A stretch of 36,313 nucleotides of DNA, taken from positions 1-36,313 of the forward strand of contig CAWBMV010000027.1 of the NCBI GenBank assembly GCA_963789955.1. The letters are read 5' to 3'. Both the position numbers and the translations under genes were made by a program. This DNA is from an uncultured Candidatus Rokubacteria bacterium. GTDB lineage: Bacteria; Methylomirabilota; Methylomirabilia; Rokubacteriales; CSP1-6. Shown here piece after piece: positions 27,815-36,313 of the stretch (position 1 is its first letter; every line of letters starts with the position of its first letter). The notes under the pieces are model-generated. The model did not search any database. It was not told the DNA's origin and was given only the letters and a program-made list of their open reading frames with translations.

Positions 27815-30313
27815 TCAGTCGGCCTTTGCCTTCTCCATCATCGCGGCCTCGAGCTTCTTGATGTCCTCGGGTGACATCTGCGGGCGGTCGACCTTGATCG
27901 TCAGCTTGTTGAATTTGGCGGTCAGCGGGAACGGCGGCTTGTAGTCGGCGTCGTTCACGCCGGTGAGTGTGTCGGACCCGATGTCGAAGCTCTCGTCCCA
28001 TTGCAGGATCATCGGCAGCGTCTTCGCCATCCGCTTCGAGTCGACTACCTTGCCGTCCACCTTCAGCGTGCCGGTGCCGGGCTGGGCGACGCCACTGAAA
28101 TTGTTGAACGCGAGCGTGCCGGCGCCCATTCCGTCGTACTTGAAGTCGAACTCGACCGTGTGCCGGCCGGGGGTCAGCGCCTCGGTCCCTTCCCACCTCA
28201 GGCGCTCGAGATCGACCAGGTTCCACAGGAACACGGGCTTTCCTTTCAGCAGGTAGAAGCCGTAGCCCGCGAAGCGCCCGCCGGAGGTCAAGATCATCCC
28301 CTCCGCACCGCCCTGCGGCACCTCGATGTCGGCGGTGATCGTGTACGAAGCGTTCAGCAGGGAGGGCGAGTCGCCCTGCGGCAGCCCGGTCATCGGCCGC
28401 GTATAGACGAACTCGGTGCGCCCGGCCGTGATGTTCGGGCGCGGCGCGACGAGGCGCGCCGCCACCGACGCGTCCAGCGGAAAGACCTGGTACTTCCTGG
28501 CCTCGGCGATGAACTTCGCCTTCAGCGCCTTCACCTTCTGCGGGTACTTTGCCGCGACGTTCTCGCTCTGACTGAAGTCCGTCTTCAGGTTGAACAGCTC
28601 GAGCACCTGGTTGTTCAGCGGATCGGCATTGGCCGCGCCAAAGGCCTCCCAGGGCGCACGATTGACCTTGGTGCTCAGGAACCAGCCGTCGTCGTACAGC
28701 GCCCATTGGCCCATCATCTCGAAGTACTGAGTCTTGTGCCGCGACGGCGCCGTGGCGTTGGCCGCGTCGAAGGTGTAGGCGAAGCTCGTGCCTTCGATCG
28801 GCGCCTGCTTGATCCCGTCCACGACCTCGGGGGCGCGAATGCCGGCGACCTCCAGGATCGTGGGCACGACGTCGATCACGTGGACGAACTGCTCCCGCAG
28901 GCCGCCCTTGTCCTTGATGCGCGCCGGCCACGAGACCACCATGTTCTGGTTGGTGCCGCCGAGCTGGGAAGCGTTCTGCTTGAACCACGAGAACGGCGCG
29001 TCGAACATCCACGACCACCCGGCCGACATGTGGTTGTAGGTTTGCTCGGTGCCCCACACGTCGTAGAACTTCATCTGGACGTCGACCGGCACGCTGACGC
29101 CGTTGAAGAACGCCACCTCATTCGGCGTGCCGAGCGGCCCGCCTTCGGCGCTGGTGCCGTTGTCGCCGTTGATGTAGATGATCACCGTATTGTCGAGCTT
29201 GCCCAGGTCCTCGAAGGCCTGGATCACGCGCCCGATCTCGTGGTCGCTGTAGGCGGCGTAGGCAGCAAAGACCTCGACCTGGCGGATGTAGAGCTTCTTT
29301 TCCTCCGCCGTCAGCTGGTCCCATTCCTTTAGCACGTCCTTCGGCCAAGGCGGCAGCCTGGTGTCCTTCGGAATCACGCCGAGCCGCTTCTGGTTCTCGA
29401 AGATGCGCTCGCGCACCTTGTTCCAGCCGTCGTCGAACAGATGCATCGTGCTGATCCTATCCACCCATTCCTTGGTCGGGTGGTGCGGAGCGTGCGTGGC
29501 CCCGGGCGCGTACTTGATGAAGATCGGCTTGCTCGGATCGGTCTGATGTATGCGCGTCATCCAGTCAATCGCCTCGTCCGCCATGCCGGTGACGAGGTTC
29601 CAGCCCGACTTGCCCTGGAACGGATAGATCTGGGTCGTGTTGCGGAACAGGTTCGGCTGCCACTGGTTGGCGTCGCCGCCGACGAAGCCGTAGAAGTACT
29701 CGAAGCCCATCCCGGTCGGCCACTGGTCGAACGGCCCGACCTGGCTGGCCGCGAAGGCCGGCGTGTTGTGATCCTTGCCGAACCAGGACGTGCTGTAGCC
29801 GTTGTCGAGCAGGATGCGCCCGATCGTCGCCTTGTCTTTGTTGATGATGCTGTTGTAGCCGGGGAAGCCCGTTGATTGCTCGGAGATCACGCCGAACCCA
29901 GCCGAGTGGTGGTTGCGCCCGGTGATCAGCGCGGCGCGCGTTGGCGAGCACAGCGCGGTCGAGAACATGCGGTTGTAGCGCAGGCCCTCCTTCGCGACCC
30001 GTTCCATGGTCGGCGTCGGGATGACGCCGCCGAAGGTGCTGGGAACGCCGAAGCCGGCGTCGTCGGTGATGATCAGCAGCACGTTCGGCGCGCCCTTCGG
30101 CGGCACCACGCGTGGGGCCCACCAGGGCTTCGACTGCAGCGCGCCGTCCTTGATCACGCCACCGAACTTGGGGTCGGGCGGCGGCAACTGCTTGCCGCTG
30201 AGGCTCGTCGTGGCGCTGGGTGAACCCGAAGTGCCGGTCATCTGCTGGGCCGAGACCGCTGTTGCGGCCAGCAGCGTAACCGCGCTCAGCGTTCTCAGGA
30301 GTCTGGTTCTCAT
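27815..30313 (-). CDS. atsA: Exported arylsulfatase (formylglycine-dependent, Cys-type)
   Basis: Signal peptide, PNVLLIITDD, sulfatase signature LCSPTRAALITGR, GKDH, ATHAPHH, GDNG. GGAGG RBS. Confidence 0.93.
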   Translation of the reverse strand: MRTRLLRTLSAVTLLAATAVSAQQMTGTSGSPSATTSLSGKQLPPPDPKFGGVIKDGALQSKPWWAPRVVPPKGAPNVLLIITDDAGFGVPSTFGGVIPTPTMERVAKEGLRYNRMFSTALCSPTRAALITGRNHHSAGFGVISEQSTGFPGYNSIINKDKATIGRILLDNGYSTSWFGKDHNTPAFAASQVGPFDQWPTGMGFEYFYGFVGGDANQWQPNLFRNTTQIYPFQGKSGWNLVTGMADEAIDWMTRIHQTDPSKPIFIKYAPGATHAPHHPTKEWVDRISTMHLFDDGWNKVRERIFENQKRLGVIPKDTRLPPWPKDVLKEWDQLTAEEKKLYIRQVEVFAAYAAYSDHEIGRVIQAFEDLGKLDNTVIIYINGDNGTSAEGGPLGTPNEVAFFNGVSVPVDVQMKFYDVWGTEQTYNHMSAGWSWMFDAPFSWFKQNASQLGGTNQNMVVSWPARIKDKGGLREQFVHVIDVVPTILEVAGIRAPEVVDGIKQAPIEGTSFAYTFDAANATAPSRHKTQYFEMMGQWALYDDGWFLSTKVNRAPWEAFGAANADPLNNQVLELFNLKTDFSQSENVAAKYPQKVKALKAKFIAEARKYQVFPLDASVAARLVAPRPNITAGRTEFVYTRPMTGLPQGDSPSLLNASYTITADIEVPQGGAEGMILTSGGRFAGYGFYLLKGKPVFLWNLVDLERLRWEGTEALTPGRHTVEFDFKYDGMGAGTLAFNNFSGVAQPGTGTLKVDGKVVDSKRMAKTLPMILQWDESFDIGSDTLTGVNDADYKPPFPLTAKFNKLTIKVDRPQMSPEDIKKLEAAMMEKAKAD

Positions 30314-30449
30314 GACATCAGTCCTCCACAAACATCAGGTCTCCACATCGGACCCGCTGACGACCGGCAGAATCCAGGAGGAACGAGGCTCCGGCAATCG
30401 GACCTTGGCCCCATTTCTCTAGGCCCGAACTTTCGTGAACTGACCGAGA

Positions 30450-30542
30450 TGACCGGGTGGTGCTCGGTCTGAAGACCGTGACCCCAAGCGAGAAGGAAAA
30501 GATCCTCTGGCGAAATCTGGAGTCGCTGCTGAAGCTCTAGCG
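30450..30542 (+). repeat. Degenerate second copy of the amidohydrolase 3' end (direct repeat of 27599-27616 plus 27671-27745)
   Basis: An 18-nt exact block, then a 75-nt block with 4 mismatches that includes the TAG stop. The intervening 54 nt (27617-27670) are absent. Confidence 0.92.
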
Positions 30543-30543
30543 A

Positions 30544-31138
30544 CTACCGTCCAGGACCATCGAGCGCTCGCAGCGCGCCGGCGATGTCCTGACTCAAGCG
30601 CGCGACCGCCCGACTGTGCGCGGCGGCGAGTGCATCGTAGCCTCGCTCCGGCGCCGGCTCGCGTACGGTCGTGCGGCCCGACTGCAGCTGGCCGTCCTTG
30701 ATGCGTCTCACCGTCCACACGGCGTCGAGCGTCGCCGCCTCGCCCAGCGCCGATCCGAAGCTCTGTACCGCGACGGCGGCTTGATAGTCGGCACTCGCGC
30801 TCAGCGTTTGTGGAAACACGGTCACGCGCGGCGTGCCGAGGATCGAGACGAGATTGTCGGCGACCACCCGCGAGATATTGCTCTGCAGCGGCGACGCCCA
30901 CCGGTTGAAGTCGTCCACTCGAACCTGGTTGGGGCCCGTGCTGACGACGATCTGCGGGCGATCGACCTCCGCCGGCACGGACACCGGGCCGACGACCACC
31001 GACATGCTCGATGACTCCACGGCGTGGTTCATCGTGGCATTCAACGTGAAGAAGCGCGATTCCGGCGTCGAGACGCAGCCGGCGATCAGCGCCCCGAAGG
31101 CGCAGAGCGATCGTGGTGCCGGCGCCGTGACGCATCAT
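30544..31138 (-). CDS. pqiC: PqiC-family lipoprotein (frameshift near 31105)
   Basis: Lipobox IAGC, RFFTL, VGPVSVPAEVDRPQIV, RWASPL. Directly follows pqiB. Confidence 0.85.
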
Positions 31139-32874
31139 GGCTTGTCTCCGGTCTTGCCCCAGATCAGTGATTCGGGGTGGCGTTCGAGATAGTCGGTCAG
31201 CGTGCGCAGCGACCGGGCGGCACGGGTGATCTCCTGCAGGGCGTCACGCAGCTCCTGCTGGCCGGGGGCATCCTTGCCGAGGAGGGCCGCGTCGGTGTTC
31301 TTGAGCACCCCGTCGGCGGTGGTCAGCGCGCGGCGCAGCTCTTCGAGGGTTGTATTGACATCGTTCTTGAGCATCCCGTCGGTGGTGACGAGCGCGCGCC
31401 GCGCCGCCTCGAGCGTCGTCTTCAGCTCGGGCGTCACGTCGGTATCGATCCGGTTCACCGCCTTGCTCGCGTCCCCAAGCGTCACGCTGAGCCCCGCGAG
31501 CATCTTGGTGACGTCCGCGCCGATCGCCTCGTACGGCAGCTTGTCCAGCTTCGCGACGATGCCGCTGAGCTTCGCCTCGAGATCCGTCACGGTGCTCGGG
31601 ACGACCGGCAGCACCGGCACGGCCCGGCTCAAGTCGAGCGTCACCTTGGGCGCATCCGGGAAGTAGTCGAAGGCCACATAGAGCTGCCCGGTGATCAGGC
31701 TCCCGCTCCGAAGCTGCGCGCGCAGTCCCCGCCGCTCGACCATACGCTGAAGGAAGGCGCGGCGCTCTTGTCCGCTTCGCGTCAGGTCTCCGATCTCGGC
31801 CGCTTGATTCGCGCGCGCCCGCGCGAGGAGACGCTCGGGGTGGGTCACGATCTCCACCCGTCCCCGAACGGTGGACGTTGTCGTGTCGAGCTCGAGACCG
31901 ACGTCGGTGACCTCGCCGGCCGGCAGTCCGAAGAAGGTGACCGGCGCCCCCACGGACAGCCCGCGCAGCGATTCGCCGAAATAGAGCACATACCGCGCTG
32001 CGATCGACTCGGGCTGCTTCATCGCGGTGGCCCGGTCGGCATAGAGCGTAAAGGTCGCATTGGCGGCGGCCGGCTCGGGCCTGGCGGCAAAGGGCGGCGT
32101 GTCGAACGCGAGGCCGCCCGCTATCAGCGCGACGAGAGACTCGGTGCGGACTTGCACACCTCCCGCGCCGAGCGACAGGTCGAGTCCGCTCGCGTTCCAG
32201 AAGCGCGTGCCGGGGTTGACGTACCGGTCGTAGGGCGCGTTGACGAAGATCTTGAGGTCGACGGCGTTTCCGTCGCTGGCCAGGTCGTACGCAATCACCT
32301 GGCCGGCTTGCAGACGGCGGTAGTAGATCGGCGAGCCGACCCCCAGCGAACCAAGGTCGGCGGCCTTGAGCAAGAACGAGTGGCCCAGCTGACCGCTGGT
32401 GATGATCGGGGCCACTTCGAGCCCGGTGAACTTACGTTCCTTCTTCGTGGATTTGCCGACCTCGAAGCCGATGTAGTTGCCCGAGAGCAGGGTACCGAGC
32501 CCGGAGATTCCGCTCAAGGTGACCCGCGGCTCGACAACCCAGAACTTCGCGTCCTCGACGATGAGCCCCGCGGCGCTCTTGTCGATCTTCGCCGTCACCT
32601 CGACCTTCGCGTAATCGTCGGACAGCCGCACCGCCGACACGCGGCCGATGTTCACGTCTTTGTATTTGATGACGGTCTTGCCGGCCTCTATGCCCTCGGC
32701 GATCTTGAAGACGATCGTGATCGTGGGGCCCTCGCTCAGGATCCGCTGAACCGCGATACCGAGGGCGACCACCGCCGCGAGGATCGGGATGACCCAGACG
32801 ACCGAGATCGCCGCGCGGCGCCTCGGCACGACGGTGGCTCGCGGCACCTCCAGGCGGTCGGTGTCGTCAGCCAT
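31135..32874 (-). CDS. pqiB: PqiB family multi-MCE (MlaD) domain protein
   Basis: SVVWVIP, AEGIEAGKTVIKYKDV, GLGTLLSGNYI, GLSVGAPV, LRAQLRSGSLITG, DYLERHPESLIWG. Confidence 0.93.
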   Translation of the reverse strand: MADDTDRLEVPRATVVPRRRAAISVVWVIPILAAVVALGIAVQRILSEGPTITIVFKIAEGIEAGKTVIKYKDVNIGRVSAVRLSDDYAKVEVTAKIDKSAAGLIVEDAKFWVVEPRVTLSGISGLGTLLSGNYIGFEVGKSTKKERKFTGLEVAPIITSGQLGHSFLLKAADLGSLGVGSPIYYRRLQAGQVIAYDLASDGNAVDLKIFVNAPYDRYVNPGTRFWNASGLDLSLGAGGVQVRTESLVALIAGGLAFDTPPFAARPEPAAANATFTLYADRATAMKQPESIAARYVLYFGESLRGLSVGAPVTFFGLPAGEVTDVGLELDTTTSTVRGRVEIVTHPERLLARARANQAAEIGDLTRSGQERRAFLQRMVERRGLRAQLRSGSLITGQLYVAFDYFPDAPKVTLDLSRAVPVLPVVPSTVTDLEAKLSGIVAKLDKLPYEAIGADVTKMLAGLSVTLGDASKAVNRIDTDVTPELKTTLEAARRALVTTDGMLKNDVNTTLEELRRALTTADGVLKNTDAALLGKDAPGQQELRDALQEITRAARSLRTLTDYLERHPESLIWGKTGDKP

Positions 32875-33505
32875 CGAATCTCCTCTGCGCGCCGGAATCC
32901 CAGATGAGCCGTGGGTCGAACGACTGGGCCGCGAACATCGTCAGCACCACGACCGCCGCGAAGAAGAGCACGCCCGGGCCCGGCTCGACCGACATCAGCG
33001 GCTGCAGCTGGATGAGGGCGACCGTGAACGTGTCGACGAACACGTCCAGCATCGACCAGCGGCCGATGATTTCGACCAGGCGGTAGAGCCGCGTCCGGTC
33101 GCGGTGGCCCTGGACCGAGCCGCGCTGCACGCTGATCAGCAGATAGCTGAGCGCGATCAGCTTCCCCAGCGGGACCATCACGCTGGCGACCAGCACGACG
33201 AGCGCCAGCGGCCACGACCCCGTGGTGTAGAGGAGCGCCACCCCACCCATGATCGTGTCGGAATCGGTGGACCCGAGCGTGGTCGTGTTGAGCACCGGCA
33301 GGACGTTGGCGGGGATGTAGCAGATCGCCGCGGCGACGACGAGCGCCCACGTGTGCTGAATGGAGCGATGACGACGCCACTCGAGCTTGCCGCCGCAGCG
33401 CCGGCAGTGCCCGGGCTCGGCCGCGTCGACTGGCCGCGACAGCAGGGCACACGTCTCGCACGAGACGAGCCCTGCCTGTGCAGCGGTCAGGGCGGTCGCG
33501 GTCAC
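32867..33505 (-). CDS. pqiA: Paraquat-inducible protein A family (second half-size copy)
   Basis: CETC..CRRC, YIPANVLP, GRWSMLDVFV, FDPRLIWD. GTGA overlap with the upstream gene. Confidence 0.9.
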   Translation of the reverse strand: MTATALTAAQAGLVSCETCALLSRPVDAAEPGHCRRCGGKLEWRRHRSIQHTWALVVAAAICYIPANVLPVLNTTTLGSTDSDTIMGGVALLYTTGSWPLALVVLVASVMVPLGKLIALSYLLISVQRGSVQGHRDRTRLYRLVEIIGRWSMLDVFVDTFTVALIQLQPLMSVEPGPGVLFFAAVVVLTMFAAQSFDPRLIWDSGAQRRFDG

Positions 33506-34134
33506 CGCGCGCTCCCGGTGACGGCATCCGTCCATTCGATCCGCTTCCAGATCTCGCGCGGGTCGAACGCGATCGTGGTCACGGTGAACAGCACCACCAA
33601 GCCCCCCACCGCGTACATTCCGATTCCGGGCTCCACCGTCGCCAGCTCCGCGATCTTGATCAACGCCACGAGAATGCCGAGGATCATCACTTCATTCATC
33701 GACCATGGCTGTACGGAGTCCGCCCAGCGCAGCAGCTCGCCGACCCAGTGCGGCGCGGGTGGCCGCTTCACCGCGAGCAGGGTCGTCAGCATGAAGAGGA
33801 TGTAGCCTCCGGGGGCGATGATCGCGCAGAACGCGACGATCACGGCCGTGACCATCTCGCCCTGCCGCCACATCTCGAGTACGCCGCCTGGAATGGTCGT
33901 GCTCGCGTGCCGTCCGACCGCCGACAGCCCCATCAGAGGCGTCGTATTCGCGATGATGAAGACCACGGCGGCGGCGAGCGTGAGCGCCAGTGGCACATCG
34001 ATCGGTTCGCTGGCCTGGCTCGCGATGGTGTTGCCGCATCGCGGACAGCGCGCCTTCGTCCCGGGCTCGAGTTTCGGAAGGTGTTGCAGCAGATCACATT
34101 CCGGGCACGCGACGATTTCGCCAGGGTCAGACAT
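33502..34134 (-). CDS. pqiA: Paraquat-inducible protein A family (first half-size copy)
   Basis: ACPECDLL, CPRCG, PWSMNEV, VALIKIA, FDPREIW. Confidence 0.9.
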   Translation of the reverse strand: MSDPGEIVACPECDLLQHLPKLEPGTKARCPRCGNTIASQASEPIDVPLALTLAAAVVFIIANTTPLMGLSAVGRHASTTIPGGVLEMWRQGEMVTAVIVAFCAIIAPGGYILFMLTTLLAVKRPPAPHWVGELLRWADSVQPWSMNEVMILGILVALIKIAELATVEPGIGMYAVGGLVVLFTVTTIAFDPREIWKRIEWTDAVTGSAR

Positions 34135-34248
34135 GGCGGGGCTCAGGCTGACCTATAGAAATGCCCCTGTCATCTGATCTTTGGACCAGTGCGCTCACGC
34201 CTCTTGGAGGGGACGTGGCAGGCCGTGAGTGGGACCGAGCACGGTCGC

Positions 34249-34277
34249 TTGACCACCCCGCGGCCCCCTCCTACACT
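34249..34277 (+). promoter_or_regulatory. Putative sigma70-type promoter
   Basis: TTGACC-17 nt-TACACT, 25 nt upstream of ATG 34303. Confidence 0.55.
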
Positions 34278-34302
34278 CCGCACCGGAAAGGCTGGTGTAC
34301 GC

Positions 34303-35001
34303 ATGACGCCCGATCGCTTCGCCAAAGGGATCACCTTCGACGACTATCTGAAATTCATCGGCTCGCCCCAGAACCTGACGCGCGAAGGTTTCGACATCCG
34401 GCGCTTCGCGCTGTGCAAGCCCCGCGTCGACTGGAGCGGCTATCTGCGCGAGCGCCTCGCCAAAGCACGCCTCAGCGATGACCAGACGACCGCGATCAGG
34501 TGGCTGGCCGCCCAGCCCGGCGGGCCCGCGAAGGTGGCCGTGATCGCGGAGGACTGGTCGTCCGATTGCCGGCGTGATCTCCCCTACCTGGCGCGTCTCG
34601 CCGAGGCCGGCGGCCTCGACCTGCGCGTCTTTCTTCGGGATGGCGACACCATGCACCGCCAGGGGCTGCCCGAGCCCGGCTCCTCCCCCAATGCCGATCT
34701 CGTGCGCGAGTACGCGAATGAGAAGAACGGCCAGAAGTTCGCGACGGTGCCGGTGGCCGTTTTCTTCGACCGCGACTTCACCGAGCTCTACCGCTACATC
34801 GAGTACCCTGCGATCTATCACAAGGACCGCGTGCTGACAGCCCTGCGCCGAGCGCGGCCGGGCGAGAGCGAAGACCAGACGAAGGCACGCGGCGGACGCG
34901 AGATCGCGACGCTGCTCGAGTCGCCGTTCTTCGACGTGTGGGCGCGCGCCGGCGTCGCCGAGATCGTCAGCGCCCTCCACGAGCGGCTGCTGACGGCATG
35001 A
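34303..35001 (+). CDS. Thioredoxin-like (Thioredoxin_9-type) protein with an SxxC motif
   Basis: RFAKGITFDDY, VAVIAEDWSSDCRRDLPYLARL, LRVFLRD, TVPVAVFFD. Confidence 0.8.
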   Translation: MTPDRFAKGITFDDYLKFIGSPQNLTREGFDIRRFALCKPRVDWSGYLRERLAKARLSDDQTTAIRWLAAQPGGPAKVAVIAEDWSSDCRRDLPYLARLAEAGGLDLRVFLRDGDTMHRQGLPEPGSSPNADLVREYANEKNGQKFATVPVAVFFDRDFTELYRYIEYPAIYHKDRVLTALRRARPGESEDQTKARGGREIATLLESPFFDVWARAGVAEIVSALHERLLTA

Positions 35002-35008
35002 CCGGCGC

Positions 35009-35831
35009 CTAGCGCGTTCGGTAGGTCAGCCGCCAGACCTCGAGTCCGTACGGCCCCCGGCCCTGCGCGTCACCGGGGCGAAGGAGCGCCACCAGGCTTG
35101 CCGGGACCGAGATCGACATCGCCTTGTAGAACGGCCCCGCGCCCGTGAAGACGGGATAGGCCCTGCCGTTCGCGAGATCCAGGATGCGCACGCCGCGGTC
35201 GTGCATGTCGGGAGCGAAGAGCCAGGCGCCGTCCTGGCTGAACGCCAGGGAGCGGCGCATCTCCGCGTGCATGCCGTGGTCCGGCGCCTCAGGCGTGTTG
35301 TCGACGGTACGTTCCTCGCGCGCCTTCGCGAGATCCACGATGTGCACCCGGCCCAGGAGACCGTTCGCCGCCGCGCGCGCCCCCCGGCGCCCAACCACGA
35401 GCGAGACGGGCGCCAGCTGCTCCAGCGACTTCGACATCGCCACGGAGGCGCGCAGGGTAAGTGCCGGCCAGGCCCACACCTTGATCACCCCTTGATCCGA
35501 CGCCGTCGCCAGGACCTGTCCGTCTGAAGAGAACGCGGCGGCGTAGACGTTCTCACCGCCGTGCAGGTTGGGGAGCGTCCGCGTGATCGCACCGCGCTGC
35601 GCGTCGACGACGCGCAGGACGCCAAGACTGCCGACCATCAGGGTCGGCTCGGTCGGATGGAAGGCGGCGCGGCGGTCCGCTTCCATCCGGGCTGCGCGCG
35701 ACGGCGTTCACCACGGGCTGGATGCCGCCGACGTCGAGGATTCTTTCCGCCGTCACCGGCGAAGGGCTCTCCGCGCAGCCGGCCAGCGACAATGCGACGG
35801 CGACGGCGCGGAGCGCGGCACTGCAGCGCAT
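35009..35831 (-). CDS. WD40-repeat lipoprotein (frameshift or deletion near 35670)
   Basis: Lipobox LAGC, VARSPDG, AFSSDGQVLATASDQGVIKVW, LAFSQDG. Confidence 0.7.
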
Positions 35832-35865
35832 CTCGACCCACTGTAAGTGATAATCACTCACGGGC

Positions 35866-36297
35866 ATGCACATCATCCCCGGCGCGATCCTGACCCTCGT
35901 CGGCGCAGCGGCCGTCGCCTACATCGCGCGTGGCGCTTCCGCGTTCGAGCAGGAACCCCCGCTGGGAAACGATCTCGCCTGCCAGCAGATCGCGACTCGC
36001 CTGATCGAGTCGGCCGAGCGCTCGCCGTCGGCGCCGCCGACGGCCTGGGAGGCACGCGCCGCGCTCGTGCTGGACACCGAGCTCTGCCCGGCGGCCTCCG
36101 AGCCCGGTCCGTGCGGCGCCCGGCGATACGCGGTCGGCACGGTCGCGCTGCGTGCCGGACGGCTCGACGCGGCCAAGGCGGCGTTCAGGCAGGCGTGCGA
36201 CTTCGAGCGCGGCTGGTGCGCGCGCGCCGCGCAGGAGCAGGCGGTGCCGTGGACGCCCGACGAGCTGCAGCGGCTCGAGCGCCGCGCGCGGCCGTGA
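35866..36297 (+). CDS. Hypothetical Cys-containing exported or membrane-anchored protein
   Basis: N-terminal hydrophobic helix, five Cys, AKAAFRQACD TPR/Sel1-like segment. Confidence 0.5.
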   Translation: MHIIPGAILTLVGAAAVAYIARGASAFEQEPPLGNDLACQQIATRLIESAERSPSAPPTAWEARAALVLDTELCPAASEPGPCGARRYAVGTVALRAGRLDAAKAAFRQACDFERGWCARAAQEQAVPWTPDELQRLERRARP

Positions 36298-36313
36298 CGA
36301 ACAGGAGCCGGCG

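Noticed and set aside
26892..29057. Long alternative-frame or antisense ORFs (e.g. 721 aa here, 7921-9867, 15423-17615, 31177-32907)
   Set aside because: Arg/Ala/Gly-rich shadow ORFs expected at high GC. They overlap well-supported genes.
1..36313. Numerous frameshifts read as programmed frameshifting or mass pseudogenisation
   Set aside because: They are scattered single-base indels in GC runs, some compensating, without slippery heptamers or accumulated in-frame stops. This is typical of long-read consensus error.

Overview
High-GC bacterial chromosomal window from a diderm organism (it encodes an OprB porin and PqiABC). Gene content suggests Candidatus Rokubacteria/Methylomirabilota: tandem-GAF sensor, many LLM/amidohydrolase/AKR enzymes and a GC-rich double-hairpin intergenic repeat. 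This taxon call is inference only. Many genes carry single-base frameshifts, which look like long-read consensus indels rather than true pseudogenisation. From left to right: a partial multi-GAF signalling gene; a complete IS30-family element with IRs and a 3-bp CAG duplication; a coiled-coil gene; an IS481-family element in an NCTAGN target; an F420-type LLM oxidoreductase; an 8-gene catabolic run (BNR propeller, alpha/beta-hydrolase, lactonase, HpcH aldolase, LLM monooxygenase, VOC, EthD-like protein, cupin); an MFS transporter and an aldo/keto reductase; a xanthine-dehydrogenase-family M-S-L cluster followed by a MoaD/ThiS gene missing from the ORF track; a P450-Gfo/Idh/MocA-Ddn cluster; a META lipoprotein and OprB porin; hypothetical and membrane proteins; a Cys-rich protein, YqgE and an amidohydrolase; an arylsulfatase; pqiA-pqiA-pqiB-pqiC; an SxxC thioredoxin-like protein; a WD40 lipoprotein. 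The most notable structural signal is that the arylsulfatase gene is bracketed by two copies of the amidohydrolase 3' end, like an integration scar but with no integrase nearby. No rRNA, tRNA or CRISPR array was seen, and I cannot demonstrate a wholly new system from sequence alone.
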